NCBI GenBank assembly: GCA_000004695.1
Contig: CM000152.2
Coordinates: 3,168,001-3,232,000 of the forward strand
Source of the DNA: Dictyostelium discoideum
Lineage: Eukaryota
DNA length: 64,000 nucleotides
Direction of reading: 5' to 3'
Shown piece by piece: positions 24,876-40,257 of this stretch. The position numbers and the translations under genes were made by a program. The number at the start of each line of letters is the position of its first letter. The stretch's first letter is position 1. The notes beneath the pieces are model-generated. The model had not been told where the DNA came from and searched no databases. It saw only the letters and a program-made list of their open reading frames with translations.

Positions 24876-25504
24876 ATGAAATTACTTTTATTATTAGTTA
24901 GCATTGTTTTATCAATTAGTTTAGCATCATCAATTGTTGTTATTCCATATTCATATCCATTATATAAACAAGTAAGTTTCTTAAAAAAAAAAAAAAAAAA
25001 AAAAAGAGGAAATAAAAGATTCTAACACCAAAAAAAAAAATAAAAAAAAAATAGTGTGATAGTCGTTGGGGAGGTAATGAAATTATTAATCAAACAATTT
25101 GTGATGTAGGTTGTTTAATGTCATCTTGCAGTATGGCAATTGCTGGTAGAGGTATTACACTTAATAATGTTGTTTCAACACCAGGTTCACTCAATTCTTG
25201 GTTACAAGCTAATAATGGTTATGTAGGTGATGATCTTTTAGAAGAGATTGCTTTAACTAGAGTTTCACCATCAATTGAATGGGTTGGTTCATATTCTGCA
25301 GCTGATTTCACTATGGATCAAGTTGTAGATATGATCAATAAACAAACCATTGTTATCATTAATGTTTTACAAGGTGCTCATTTCGTTTTGGCTGTTGGTT
25401 ATGATCAATCAAATTCTTTATTCTATGTAAATGATCCAGGTTTTGATACTCTCACCTACACTTATGCTGATGTTGTTGGTTATCGTATTTTCAATATGAA
25501 TTAA
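24876..25504 (+). CDS. Secreted papain-fold peptidase, C39-like (Peptidase_C39_2-like). Exons: 24876..24971 (signal peptide), 25055..25504.
   Basis: Exon 1 reads MKLLLLLVSIVLSISLASSIVV... with a GTAAGT donor. Exon 2 reads CDSRWGGNEIINQTICDVGCLMSSCSMAIAG...GAHFVLAVGYDQSNSLFYVNDPGF. The Q..C..[SG]C-small-M/L block and the downstream HF[VI]V..GYD....Y.NDP block match the nucleophile and His regions of bacterial C39-like peptidases. The assignment is from motif memory only. Confidence 0.5.
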
Positions 25505-25514
25505 AAAGAAAACT

Positions 25515-25547
<33 letters not shown>

Positions 25548-25670
25548 CAATAAAAAAAAAAACAATAAAAATAAAAAACTAAACATGTATAGTGTTTGGT
25601 TTTTAATTGTTTTGCATTCATTTTTTTTTTTTTTTTTTTTTTTTTTTCCTAAACACTTTTTAGTACAACC

Positions 25671-25709
<39 letters not shown>

Positions 25710-26119
25710 CATAAAGAATTTTTTATATTAATAATTGTATTGGTTAATAATTTTTAAAATAGATAACAGATTAATTTCTTTTTATTCATTTTTTTTTAAT
25801 AAATAAAAAGTAACATAACATGTTTGTGGTTTATTTTCAAGAATATGGTTCCAAACATTTTTTTTTTTTTTTTTTTAAAAAGGATATAATATTATTATTA
25901 ATCATTTGATTTCTATAATTATAAGAAATGAATACTTTGTATCATAATAATATTTTTTTAAAAAAAAAATGAATAATTAAAAAATAAAAAAAAGGTATTT
26001 AAATGAGGTTTTAATTTTTTTTTTTTTTAATTATAATTCTCATATAATTTTATTAATATTTGTTTTTATAGTTTTTTTTTTAAAACCTTTTTATTAAAAT
26101 TTTAAAAACAGACAAAAAA

Positions 26120-26593
26120 ATGAGATCAATCCTTATTTTATTAAGTTTATTATTAACTATTGCATTTGCATCAGCAAGTTTCCCATACCAATGTGGTCCA
26201 TATAGTTGTCAATTTGGTCAAGTTTGTAGAATTGATAATGGTGTTTCTAATTGTATTCCAATTAATGATTGCCATGAAGTTTCATTATCAACAAAAGTAG
26301 TTGGTACTTGGGTAGATGGTTCGCGTGGTAATAAAAGATTCACTCAATATGATATTACAATCACAAATAATTTAAATACAAATATTAAACAAATTTACAT
26401 TGCCACTGATTACACTTTAAGATTAAGAGATCATTCAAATAACTCAATTTGGAATGTTAACCTTTTACCAAATGGTATCCTCACTCTTCCATCATACCAA
26501 CCATCAATCAATGCTCATGCTTCCTTTACTTTTGGACTCATTATTGAAGGTACTCAACCTGCAAATTTAAATGTTTTATCAGTTTCTTTCTAA
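26120..26593 (+). CDS. Small secreted protein, copy 1 of 3. Signal peptide, then a 6-Cys knot, then a CBM2/CBM49-like carbohydrate-binding beta-sandwich.
   Basis: 157 aa. The N-terminus reads MRSILILLSLLLTIAFASA. The Cys knot is QCGPYSCQFGQVCRIDNGVSNCIPINDC. The C-terminal domain has the CBM2a-like spacing W.DG....F..Y.ITITN...I..IYI.....L......IWNV....NG.L.LP........A.FTFG.I.EG..P.NL. Nearly identical copies lie at 28112 and 30023. Confidence 0.6.
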   Translation: MRSILILLSLLLTIAFASASFPYQCGPYSCQFGQVCRIDNGVSNCIPINDCHEVSLSTKVVGTWVDGSRGNKRFTQYDITITNNLNTNIKQIYIATDYTLRLRDHSNNSIWNVNLLPNGILTLPSYQPSINAHASFTFGLIIEGTQPANLNVLSVSF

Positions 26594-27243
26594 ACCATAT
26601 ATCCATTTTAAATTAATCAAAAAAATACCATAATAAATAATTTATTATTTATTTTATTTATTTTATTTTATTCTTATTTTATTTAATTTTATTTTGTTTT
26701 ATTTTTATTTTTTTTTTTTTTTATTTTATTTTATTTTATTTTATTTTTTTTTTACAATAATGATACTAATATTAAAAATTAATAAAAAAAATCTTAAATT
26801 ATCTTGTGTCATATGAATGATATCATTGGTGCAAGGCAAAAGTGAAGTAACTTTTCAAAAGTTGACGAAGGGTGATTTTTTTATTTGGAGGATTTTTTCT
26901 AAAAAAAAAAAAAAAAATAAAAGAATAAAATAAAAAAAATAAAAAAAAAAATATTTTTAGAATTTTTTAAAAAAAAAGTCAACCTGGGATCAAGATATTT
27001 TTAATTCAAATAATTGAAATGATAAAAATTCTGGTAGGCAAAAGCAATCACAAATATCTAAAAATTATTTTTAAAAAAAAAAATAAAAAAAAAAAAAATG
27101 GTTTTTTTTTTTAATATTTAAACCCATTATTTTTATTTTTTAATTTTTATTACATCATCATTCATTTCAAATAAAATAATTTTTTTTAACATTACCTCTT
27201 TTCAGTATTATTCAAATATCCTTTAAATCAACCAAATAACAAA

Positions 27244-27319
27244 ATGAAATTAAACTTTATTGGAGGCCAAAATCGTCAAGGACCAACTACCTCAAGTAAC
27301 AAACCAAGTGGAAGATCAG
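27244..27319 (+). other. Conserved orphan mini-exon (ATG...GGQNRQGPTTSSNKPSGRS|GTAAGA), copy 1. Putative first exon of an unidentified or alternative transcript.
   Basis: An ATG-initiated 25-codon frame ends exactly at a canonical GTAAGA donor. The same peptide and donor context recur in the other two repeat units. No downstream partner exon was found in-frame for copies 1 and 2. Confidence 0.3.
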
Positions 27320-28111
27320 GTAAGATATCTCAACTCTCTCTATCTCTCTCTCTCTCTCTAAAACAATTAATAAATAATAAACCATTACTGACATTTATAA
27401 AAATTAAAAAAAAAAAAAACAAATAAAAAAAAAAATTAAAAAAGTTTTCTTTGCATAAATAGTATAAAACCCTTACGCGCGATTATTTTTAATTATTAAA
27501 TTAATAATAAAAAGTTAAATGAACATTTTAGAATATATTAAACCCTAATTTGTTATTCATTCAATATTTTTCAATAATCATTAATTATTTAAATAATTAA
27601 GTTTTTATTATTAGTTTAATAATTTCCAAATATTTTTTATATTTCAAAAAATAAAAAAAATAAAAAAAAAAAAATAAAAAAAAATAAATTAATTAAATCG
27701 AAAAACATATAATGTTTTTTTTTTTTTTTTTGCTGGAAAAATAAAAAAAATTAAAATTTGTTTTGGGTGGGATCTATTTTTTTTTTTTAAATAACAATTA
27801 TTTGATACTAGCTTTTATTATTCAAAAAAAAAAAAAAAATGTAAGGAGGTAATACATCTTGAGATTGTACCATCTATTATTTAAAAAAAAGAAATTTTAT
27901 ATTATTAATTACTTGATTTCTAAATTAATAATAAATGAATATTTGGTGTCATAGGTATTGAAGGAAAATATTAAAAAAAAAATAATAATAAAAAAAAAGG
28001 TATTTAAAGGTTTAAATAATTATTAATTCTAAATAATTAAACATTCAAATATTAATTTTTATTAAAGCTATAAAAACAAGGTATTAAAAAAAAAAAAGAA
28101 ATCTTATTAAA

Positions 28112-28585
28112 ATGAGATCAATCCTTATTTTATTAAGTTTATTATTAACAATTGCATTTGCTTCAGCAAGTTTCCCATACCAATGTGGTCCATATAGTTG
28201 TCAATTTGGTCAAGTTTGTAGAATTGATAATGGTGTTTGTAATTGTATTCCAATTAATGATTGCCATGAAGTTTCATTATCAACAAAAGTAGTTGGTACT
28301 TGGGTAGATGGTTCACGTGGTAATAAAAGATTCACTCAATATGATATTACAATCACAAATAATTTAAATACAAATATTAAACAAATTTACATTGCCACTG
28401 ATTACACCTTAAGATTAAGAGATCATTCAAATACTTCAATTTGGAATGTTAACCTTTTACCAAATGGTATCCTCACTCTTCCATCATACCAACCATCAAT
28501 CAATGCTCATGCTTCTTTTACATTTGGTTTCATTCTTGAAGGTACTCAACCTGCAAATTTAAATGTTTTATCAGTATCTTTCTAA
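28112..28585 (+). CDS. Small secreted Cys-knot + CBM2/CBM49-like protein, copy 2 of 3.
   Basis: It is 157/157 aa alignable with copy 1, with a handful of substitutions (S43C, N108T, L141F, I143L). The flanking non-coding DNA is also conserved. Confidence 0.6.
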   Translation: MRSILILLSLLLTIAFASASFPYQCGPYSCQFGQVCRIDNGVCNCIPINDCHEVSLSTKVVGTWVDGSRGNKRFTQYDITITNNLNTNIKQIYIATDYTLRLRDHSNTSIWNVNLLPNGILTLPSYQPSINAHASFTFGFILEGTQPANLNVLSVSF

Positions 28586-29150
28586 ACACCTATCATTTTA
28601 AGTTAATCAAAAAAACACCATAATAAATAATTTATTATTTATTTTATTTTATTTTTTTTAATTTTATTTAGTTTTATTTTATTTTATTTTAAAACGTTGT
28701 AATAATTTAAAAAACATTATTTAAATCGTTATTTTTTTTCTATTTTTTTTTTTTGAAATGTATTAATATTTAAAATTAATAAAAAAAATCTCAATTTATC
28801 TTGTGTCATATGAATGATATCATTGGCACAAGGGAAAAGTAAAGTAACTTTTAAAAATATCAGGTGATTTTTATTTATTTTTTTATTTGGATTTTTGACA
28901 ACCTGGGATCAAGATATTTTTAATTCAAATAATTGAAATGATAATTTGGGTTGGTAAAAGCAATCACAAATATCTAAAAATTATCTAAAAAAATAAAAAA
29001 AATAAAATTTTTTTTTTTTTTTTAATATTTAAACCCCATTATTTTTTTTTAGTTTTTATTACATCATCATTCATTTCAATAAAATAATTATTTTTAACAT
29101 TACCTCTTTTTTTAATATTCAATAATCCTTTAAATCTGCCAATTAACAAA

Positions 29151-29226
29151 ATGAGAACAAGCTGGACAGGTGGCCAAAATCGTCAAGGACCAACTACCTC
29201 AAGTAACAAACCAAGCGGAAGATCAA
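29151..29226 (+). other. Conserved orphan mini-exon (MRTSWTGGQNRQGPTTSSNKPSGRS|GTAAGA), copy 2.
   Basis: See 27244..27319. The N-terminal 6 codons differ. The GGQNRQGPTTSSNKPSGRS block and the donor are conserved. Confidence 0.3.
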
Positions 29227-30022
29227 GTAAGATATTATATTACCCCTCCAACAAATTATTAATTAAACAATCATTACTAACATTTTTAAAAATAAAAAAT
29301 TAAAATAAAATAAAATAAAAAAGTTTTCTTTGCATAAATAGTATAAAACCCTTAAGCGCAATTATTTTTAATTACTAAATTAATAATAAAAAGTTAAATG
29401 AACATTTTAGAATATATTAAACTCTAATTTGTTATTCATTCAATATTTTTTAATAATCATTAATTAATTTTTAATGAGTATTTTAATAATTTAAAATGTT
29501 TTTTATATTTCAAAAATATAATAAAAAAATAAAAATAATAAAATAATAAAATCTAAATACATTTGTAATGTTTTTTTTATTATTTCTGGAAAAAATAAAA
29601 AATGAATAAAATAAATAAAATTTGTTTTGGGTGGGTTCTATTTTTTTTAAAACACCAATTATTTTGATATTAGCTTTAACATCTATTATATTAATTTTTT
29701 AAAATATTCTGGAAAAAAATGTAAAGAGGTAATAGATCTTAAGATAGTACCATCTATTATTTAATAAATGGTAAAATGGAAACTTTTTATTATTAATTAC
29801 TTGATTTCTAAATTAATAATAAATGAATATTTGGTGTCACGGGTGTTAAAGAAAATATTAAAAAAAAAAAACAAAAAAAAAAAAAAAATAATTTAAAAAA
29901 AAAAAAAAGGTATTTAAAGTTTTTAAATTATTAATTCTAAATAATTAAATATCAATAAAAATATTTATTAAAGCTATAAAAACAGGTATTAAAAAAAAAA
30001 TTTTATTTAAATAATTATTAAA

Positions 30023-30496
30023 ATGAGATCAATTCTTATTTTATTAAGTTTATTATTATCAATTGCATTTGCATCAGCAAGTTTCCCATACCAATGTGGT
30101 CCACATAGTTGTCAATTTGGTCAAGTTTGTAGAATTGATAATGGTGTTTGTAATTGTATTCCAATTAATGATTGCCATGAGGTTTCATTATCAACAAAAG
30201 TAGTTGGTACTTGGGTAGATGGTTCGCGTGGTAATAAAAGATTCACTCAATATGATATTACAATCACAAATAATTTAAATACAAATATTAAACAAATTTA
30301 CATTGCCACTGATTACACTTTAAGATTAAGAGATCATTCAAATAACTCAATTTGGAATGTTAACCTTTTACCAAATGGTATCCTCACTCTTCCATCATAC
30401 CAACCATCAATCAATGCTCATGCTTCCTTTACTTTTGGACTCATTATTGAAGGTACTCAACCTGCAAATTTAAATGTTTTATCAGTTTCTTTCTAA
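30023..30496 (+). CDS. Small secreted Cys-knot + CBM2/CBM49-like protein, copy 3 of 3.
   Basis: It is near-identical to copies 1 and 2 (T13S, Y28H). Its downstream flank has diverged from that of the other two copies. Confidence 0.6.
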   Translation: MRSILILLSLLLSIAFASASFPYQCGPHSCQFGQVCRIDNGVCNCIPINDCHEVSLSTKVVGTWVDGSRGNKRFTQYDITITNNLNTNIKQIYIATDYTLRLRDHSNNSIWNVNLLPNGILTLPSYQPSINAHASFTFGLIIEGTQPANLNVLSVSF

Positions 30497-30891
30497 ACCA
30501 TCAAAACAAAAAAAAAAAAAATACCATAATAAATAATTTATTATTTATTTCATTTCATTTTATTTTATTTTTAATTTATTTTTTATTTCATTTCATTTTA
30601 TTTTATTTTATTTTAATATATTTTATTTTATTTTATTTTATTATATATTATTTTTTTTTGAATTTGTTTTTAGAAATGTTTATTTAAATTTATAAATTTT
30701 TTTTTAAGGGAAAAAAAAAATAAAAAGATATTTTAAATCTATGAAAACAAAAAAAAATCAGGCATATCAGTTTTTGATTGCGCAATATTTTCAAAAAAAA
30801 AAAAAATTAATAGAAATTATTTGGAAAAAAGTGGTTTTATTTTTCTTTTTTTTCCACAAATCCAAAAATATCTGGGTCGATCATATTTATA

Positions 30892-30923
<32 letters not shown>

Positions 30924-31015
30924 AATAATTTTATTTTTTTTTTTGGGTTTTAAATTTTTTTTTTTTATTTTATTTTTTTTCTTTTTTATACTTTTCAAAA
31001 ATTAGTTAATATAAA

Positions 31016-31127
31016 ATGTTCCCAAATAGTAACGGCCCAAACAAGATGAAAGCACTTGTTGCCCCATCGAATTCATCTACCACATCCAAAACAAATAACA
31101 ACAATTTACCCCCAAATGGAAGATCAA
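31016..31127 (+). other. Diverged orphan mini-exon (MFPNSNGPNKMKALVAPSNSSTTSKTNNNNLPPNGRS|GTGAGT), copy 3.
   Basis: The DNA has diverged but still keeps ATG...GGAAGATCAAG|GT. Phase 1 would splice in frame to the TGTCAG| acceptor at 32273-32274 inside codon 3 of the 32265 gene (intron about 1.15 kb). This is speculative. Confidence 0.25.
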
Positions 31128-31504
31128 GTGAGTTTTTTTTTTTTTTTTTTCCTCCAAACACACAAACACTAATTGTATAAAATTAATAAAAACTAATATT
31201 AATCATAAAATTTTTTTTATTTTTTTATTTTATTTTCTTCAGTTTTTGGTCCATAAAACAGTATAGTGAAACCGGATTACCTATTTACATTTAATAAATA
31301 AAGATGTAAATCAAAATGTAAAATTAAATTTATATATTTTTTTTATTTTTATTTTTATTTTTTATTTTTTTTTTATTTTTATTTTTTAAAATAGAAAAAG
31401 AAAAATTCTGTTTTTGGATGAAATACAACTTAAAGGTATATCATGACAATGATGGGAATTTTGTTGAAACTTAATTCTTCAACTGTTGACGGTATTGAAT
31501 TTTT

Positions 31505-31622
31505 GGTTAAATAATAATGATTTTTTTGTTGATTGAATTTGCTGAATTTTATTTTAAATAATTAAGTTTTTTAAATAAAATTCAGCAAATTCCACCAAGT
31601 GAAAAATCATAATTATTTAACC
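31505..31622. repeat. Long inverted repeat / hairpin. The perfect 20-bp arms GAATTTGCTGAATTTTATTT (31535..31554) and AAATAAAATTCAGCAAATTC (31572..31591) extend to imperfect arms of about 50 bp.
   Basis: The reverse complement of the right arm matches the left arm for over 45 of about 55 positions. The loop is about 17 nt of A/T. Confidence 0.85.
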
Positions 31623-31735
31623 AAAAAAATCAATGATCAAGTTTTTAATTTTTAATATGGATTTAATATATAAAAATTGAGCACCCAAAAATACAAAAAA
31701 ATCATATAAAATATAAAAAAAATGAATGTAACCAT

Positions 31736-31767
<32 letters not shown>

Positions 31768-32264
31768 CTAATTATTTATATGTTAATTTATTTCCTCTAT
31801 TTTCGTATACTAAATTCATATTTAAAAAATAAAATTAAAAAATAAAATAATTATCTTGATTTCTCAAAAAAATAAAAAAAAAAAAAATTAAAATTAAAAA
31901 ATCATTTTTTTTTATTTTTTTTTATTTTTTTAATTTTTTTATTTTATATAAAATCATTTTTTTTATATTACACACCACAATTGCATGTTCTATTTCTATT
32001 TTTCTCTTCTATTTCATTAATTTTTTTTTTTAAAACACTAACTAAATTAAAAAAAAAAAAATTAAAAAATTAAAAAAAAAAAAAAAAAAAATTTTAAAAA
32101 AAATTATAAAAAAAAACACACACAATTTTAATTTTACACACCCGAACAAATATACGTAATACCAAAGAAAATTTTATTTTTATTTTTTATTTTTTTTATT
32201 TTTTTAGTTCATTAAATAAATAAAAATAAATAAAAATAAATAGACAAATAAATAAATAAATAAA

Positions 32265-34279
32265 ATGTCAGATAAAGAAATCGAAGATAATGAATTTGAA
32301 AATGAAGAAGAAGAAGTAGAGGAAGAAGAAGAAGAAGAAGAAGAAAATGCTATATTTACAAATGAAGAAGAAGAAGAGGAAAAAAAAGATATAATGGATG
32401 AAATTAAAGATAGATTTAAAGAAGCAAATTTTGATGAATTTGATGAAACAGAGATTATTAATAATGGTAAAGAATTAATTAAACAATCAAATATATTATT
32501 AGAAGAGATTAAAGAATTGGAAAGTGGTAAAGAGTTATATCAACATAGTAAACAATTGGTTGATACGGTATTAAAGAAACAAGAAGCCAAAGAGTTGATG
32601 GAAAAAGGGTTGAATATATTGACAGAGGTAAAACAAAATCAAGAGGCACAAGCATTGATTGGTGAATGTAAGAACTTTATCGACCTATTCAGTAAGGAGG
32701 ATAAAGTTCAATCAATCATTCAACAGGGTAAAGAGCTATTGGAGGGAATGAAGGACGAAAACGGCGAATTCAATCTCACCTCGACTAAAGCCTCGTTAAA
32801 TAGAGAAGCCATTGAATCCCTATTCGCCCAAGGTTCCACCATCTTTAAGGAGTTTAATGAGAATGATCAAAATTCACTCTACTTGGATAAAATGAAAAAG
32901 TTATTCTTTGATTTAAAAGAAGCAGAATCAACTCGTATCACTTTATTAAATGGTATTGCTGAGGGTAAGAAATGGGTTGAATCATTAAAAGAAAAAGATC
33001 CACAAATTAAAAGTTTAGTTGATGAAGGTGAACAAATCTTTAATCAAATAGCATCTAATCCTGAAGTATCATCACTCTTTAATGATAGTAAAAAAGTTTT
33101 TGAAAATCTTTTAACTTCTGAAACAAAATTAGATCCATCTTCACCTGAAGTATGTTAAAAAATTATAATAATAATAATTATAATTATAATTATAATTATT
33201 ATAATAATTCTAATTTTTTTTTTTTTTTTTTTGAATTATATTATAAAGTTTAAAGTATTAATTGAAAGAGGTGAAAAAATTGCAGGTGATTTAAAAGAAC
33301 AATTAAAATCAAATAAATTAGTTGGTGAAGTAACTCAAAGAGAAGATGTTAAAATATTTTTAGAAAAAGGTAATAAATTCATTTCTGAAGTTAAATCAAA
33401 AGAACAATTAATTGATTTCTTAAAACAAAATAAAGAGTGTGTATTTTTTTTTTAAAAAAAAAAAAAAATGTTTTTTTTTTAATAATACTAATATTATTTA
33501 TTTTTATTAAATTTAGTTTTATAAAAGAAATTAAAAATACAATTGTACCATTTATTACAGATCAATTATTAAAAGTACAAATACCAACAGTTAATGGTAT
33601 TACAAAAGGATTTAAATATGAATTATCAAATTTAGTATTTGCAGGTTTAAATATACCACCAGAGGGAGTCGATGTTGAATTTAGTGAAACCAATAGTATA
33701 ACGGCATCAGTATCAGGGTTCACTGCACAATTAAAGAATTTCTCATGGTCATATAAACAAGAGGGCTTCCCATATTTAAAGGATCAAGGTCTTGCTAGTG
33801 CAAATTGTCAAAAGGGTTTCACATCATTGACTTTTGATATTGAAACTAATAAAGAAACCAATACACCAGAGATTAAAATTACAAATATCGTTTTTAAAAT
33901 TGAGAATTTGGAAGTATTGGTTCAAGAATCTGGTAAAGTTAAATGGCTTTACAATTATTTGATTTCAAAGTTTAGTGAATCAATTAAAGAAGTTGTTGAA
34001 AATAAAATTAAAGGTACAATCACTGGTCATATCAATACTTTATCAACTAAAATTAATCAAATCGTTGGTCAATATTGGAATAAATTAATTGATAAAATTA
34101 AATCTCCTTCTTCAAATTCAACTTTAAATTCACCATCACAATCTGAAAATAAAATTACTGAATTAAATAATGAAAATAATGAAAATAATAATAATAATAA
34201 TAATAATGATGAAGATAGTGAAAAAAAAGAATGTAAAAACAAATCTGATGAAAAAGAAGAAATTAAAGTTGTATCATAA
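32265..34279 (+). CDS. Acidic coiled-coil N-terminal region followed by a BPI/LBP/CETP-like lipid-binding (BPI-fold) domain. Exons: 32265..33149, 33249..33436, 33517..34279.
   Basis: Exon 1 ends ...SSPE|GTATGT. Exon 2 (acceptor ATAAAG at 33248) carries FKVLIERGEKIAGDLKEQLK...FLKQNK and ends with a GTGTGT donor in phase 2. Exon 3 (acceptor ATTTAG at 33516) starts D-FIKEIKNTIVPFITDQLLKVQIPTVNGITKGFKYELSNLVFAGLNIP, a BPI N-terminal domain pattern, and runs through a helical ...IKGTITGHINTLSTKINQIV. All phases are consistent. The ORF track lists three separate ORFs. Confidence 0.6.
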
Positions 34280-35047
34280 TTAAATTACAACTATCTTTTT
34301 TTTTAATTATCTATAATATATAATAAAATTAACTGATATTAATATCAGAAATATTTGAATTTAATAAACAAAACTTTTTTTTTTTTTTTTTTGACTATTA
34401 TCAAAATTATCTGATTAATCGCTTAACAATTAAAAAAAAAAAAAAAAAAAGTAAAATAATTAAGATTTAATTCTTTTATTTATTAGATTTACTTAAATAA
34501 TAAAAATAAAAAAATAAAAACGAGGCAATTATTAAAAAAACAGAATAGTTAATAAAAAAAAATAAAAATAATAAAATAAACCAACAACAAATCAATTTTT
34601 TTAAATTTTTTTTTTTTTTATATAAAACATATTCCCTACTAATTGTTTTTTAAAATAAAAAAAAAGTTACAAAAAATGAATGATAAATAATTAAATTTAA
34701 TAAACTTTTTTTGATTAGAAAAAAAAAAAAAAAAAAAAAAAAAAATTCAAAATTTCAAAATATATAATAATATCATTCATTTTTTTTATATTTTATATCA
34801 TAGTGTATTTGAGTTTCCTATATTTTTCTATACTAAATTCATAATTATAATAAAAAAATTAAATCATTTTAAAAAATAAACTTTTTTTTTTTTTTTTTTT
34901 TTGAAGATAATTAAAAATTGTTTTTTCATTTTCACTTTCATTTTTTTTTTTTTTTTTTTTTTTCTTTTTTATTAATTTGACATCACCACCAACCACACAA
35001 ATACATATATATATAAATTTATATATATATAATATAAATAGAGGAGA

Positions 35048-39210
<4,163 letters not shown>

Positions 39211-39423
39211 ATAAATTAAAATAAATAAATAGAATAAAAAAAAAAAAAATTAAAAAAATTAAAAATTAATTCTTTCTCTTTTTTTTTTTTTTTTTTATCA
39301 TTATCCAAAAATAATTAATTACTTAATTTTCTATTTGTAATTTTATGTTTATTTTTTTTATTTTTTTAAAAAATTTATATTGACAAGTAAATGATAAATA
39401 TTGGTATTATTAATGTATTTTAT

Positions 39424-39461
<38 letters not shown>

Positions 39462-39517
39462 TTATTTTACTTTTTTTTTTTTTTTTTATTTTATATTTTA
39501 ATTTAGGTTTTATAAAT

Positions 39518-40159
39518 CTATTCTAATCTATCTTTTAATAAATCTGATTTCTTAATGGCTGGTTTAAATGATAAATCGATCTTTTGGAGATCAACTTTTG
39601 CCCTTCTGATAACTCTACCAGCTTGAAATTTCTCTATTCTATTTCTTTCTCTTGTTAAATGTGGTAATTCCTCTGATTTGAAAGTTTCTGGATCTTCAGC
39701 TGATCTACAAAATTTAATAAACATTGCTCTTTCTGTTATTGGATGAAGTTGAGCATGTGATAATTTACCAATAATTTTCTCTTTATCATCAATATTCTAC
39801 AATAAATAATTTAATAATAATAATAATTAATGATTAATTATAAATAATTATAAATAAATATAAATAAATATATCCATATATTTAATAATGATTTAATGGT
39901 GCCTATTTTTAATGTCAACCTACTAAAAGGAATTTTCTTTCTTTATAAAACTTTTTACTTGAGATTAAACCATTGATTCTACCCCATTCTATTGAAATGT
40001 TTTTTAATGGTAAACCACCACCTGTAATTGTTGCTGGGACAAAATCATTATATCTAACTAATTTAGCACCTGCTTTACCTTTAACCTTACGATCAAAGCA
40101 ATATAAATGTTTAATTGGGTATGTACTTTATTATTATTATTTAATTTTGTATTTTTATT

Positions 40160-40190
<31 letters not shown>

Positions 40191-40225
40191 TTAAAATGAG
40201 TTTGTTGTTTTTTTTTTTTTGTTGT

Positions 40226-40257
<32 letters not shown>

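Noticed and set aside
26795-26875. 10-bp palindrome ATGATATCAT within the conserved block downstream of CBM gene copies 1 and 2
   Set aside because: Too short to be significant in A/T-rich DNA. It is reported only as part of the conserved repeat-unit flank.
39973-40194. 73-aa + ORF (MILPHSIEMFFNGKPPPVIVAGTK...YYYY)
   Set aside because: Exactly antisense to exon 2 of the spliced minus-strand gene. The C-terminal poly-Tyr comes from the (ATT)n intron.
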